Of a DNA stretch of 64,000 nucleotides, positions 62,860 to 64,000 are shown piece by piece. Numbering within the stretch: the first letter of the stretch is position 1; every line of letters starts with the position of its first letter. Under the pieces are notes generated by a model. It did no database searches. It saw only the letters and a program-made list of their open reading frames with translations, and was not told where the DNA came from. Source of the DNA: Octopus sinensis (lineage: Eukaryota); the NCBI RefSeq assembly GCF_006345805.1, contig NC_043025.1:13702001-13766000 (forward strand). The letters run 5' to 3'. The translations under genes and the position numbers were made by a program.

Positions 62860-64000
62860 CTAGACCTGGTTGAAATAATAGCCAAATGTCCCCCATTGGC
62901 TCATACATACTTAAGACAGTGGGATGTGATTTGAGGGAGATTTTCTACCAGGTCTAGCTACCATGTAGAGGTCTCATACATATATATAAAAGATAGGGAC
63001 ATTTGGCTGCTATTTCTACCAGGTCTAGCTACCATGTAGAGGCCTCATACATATATATAAAAGATAGGGACATTTGGCTGCTATTTCTACAAGCTCTAGC
63101 TACCATGTAGAAGTCTCCCTCTTTGGCTCATACATACATAAGACAGTAGGTCGAGATTTGGCTGCTATTTCAACCAGGTCTAGTTACATATAGACGTCTG
63201 CCGGGTTGGCTCATATTTATATACAAGAGAATAGGGCGTGACCTGGTTGAAATAACAGCCAAATGTCCCTCATTGGCTCATAACGTATATAGGACAGTAG
63301 GGTGTGATTTGAGGGAGATTTGGCTGCTATTTCTACCAGGTCTAGCTACCATGTAGAGGCCTCATACATATATATAAAAGATAGTGTGATTTGAGGGACA
63401 TTTGGCTGCTATTTCTACCATATAGAGGCCTCATACATATATATAAAAGATAGTGTGATTTGAGGGACATTTGGCTGCTATTTCTACCATATAGAGGCCT
63501 CATACATATATATAAAAGATAGTGTGATTTGAAGGACATTTGGCTGCTATTTCTACCATATAGAGGCCTCATACATATATAAAAGATAGTGTGATTTGAG
63601 GGACATTTGGCTGCTATTTCTACCATATAGAGGCCTCATACATATATATAAAAGATAGTGTGATTTGAAGGACATTTGGCTGCTATTTCTACCATATAGA
63701 GGCCTCATACATATATATAAAAGATAGTGTGATTTGAGGGACATTTGGCTGCTATTTCTACCATATAGAGGCCTCATACATATATAAAAGATAGTGTGAT
63801 TTGAGGGACATTTGGCTGCTATTTCTACCATATAGAGGCCTCATACATATATAAAAGATAGTGTGATTTGAAGGACATTTGGCTGCTATTTCTACCATAT
63901 AGAGGCCTCATACATATATATAAAAGATAGTGTGATTTGAGGGACATTTGGCTGCTATTTCTACCATATAGAGCCTCATACATATATATAAAAGATAGTG
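62860..64000. repeat. Family D-derived array: diverged lead-in, then a homogeneous 69-bp unit (about 9 copies, running off the window)
   Basis: The ctcatacatat anchor recurs at 63361, 63430 and 63499. Reverse-complement homologous to the 38.7 kb array unit. Confidence 0.95.

Noticed and set aside
63342-63831. Tandem 23-aa repeat protein ORFs
   Set aside because: Artefact of the 69-bp satellite period being a multiple of three.

Overview
AT-rich, repeat-saturated animal genomic DNA. The SINE families and microsatellite load suggest an octopod cephalopod (inference from repeat character, not a database match). Nearly the whole window is one 52,216-bp intron (5561-57776) of a minus-strand gene. 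Two coding exons (57777-57891 and 5467-5560) join in phase across a split Trp codon to give LVKIAEQQLNLPLLAPRKKISILLIGNHSAGKSSFINW|YVEEHIQRTGVAIETQGFTFVTSGRKRETLT, the G1/G2 region of an EHD/sarcalumenin-like dynamin-superfamily P-loop NTPase. I found no flanking exons inside the window. The intron holds about 30 copies or fragments of one tRNA-headed SINE, several other SINE families, RTE LINE 3' ends, DNA-transposon remnants, micro- and minisatellites, and at least seven element-derived tandem arrays. Most notable: (1) a tRNA-headed short element carrying a minimal type I hammerhead ribozyme fold (17727-17772), plus a second hammerhead-like family; (2) two satellites built from a TTAA-flanked piggyBac-type MITE plus a constant spacer, one with higher-order dimer structure; (3) one dispersed element seeding arrays of five different periods; (4) three near-perfect fold-back hairpins; (5) a SINE flanked by a 54-bp duplication; (6) a candidate in-frame alternative first exon that would delete the P-loop. 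All long ORFs in the supplied track appear to be artefacts of simple repeats or SINEs.
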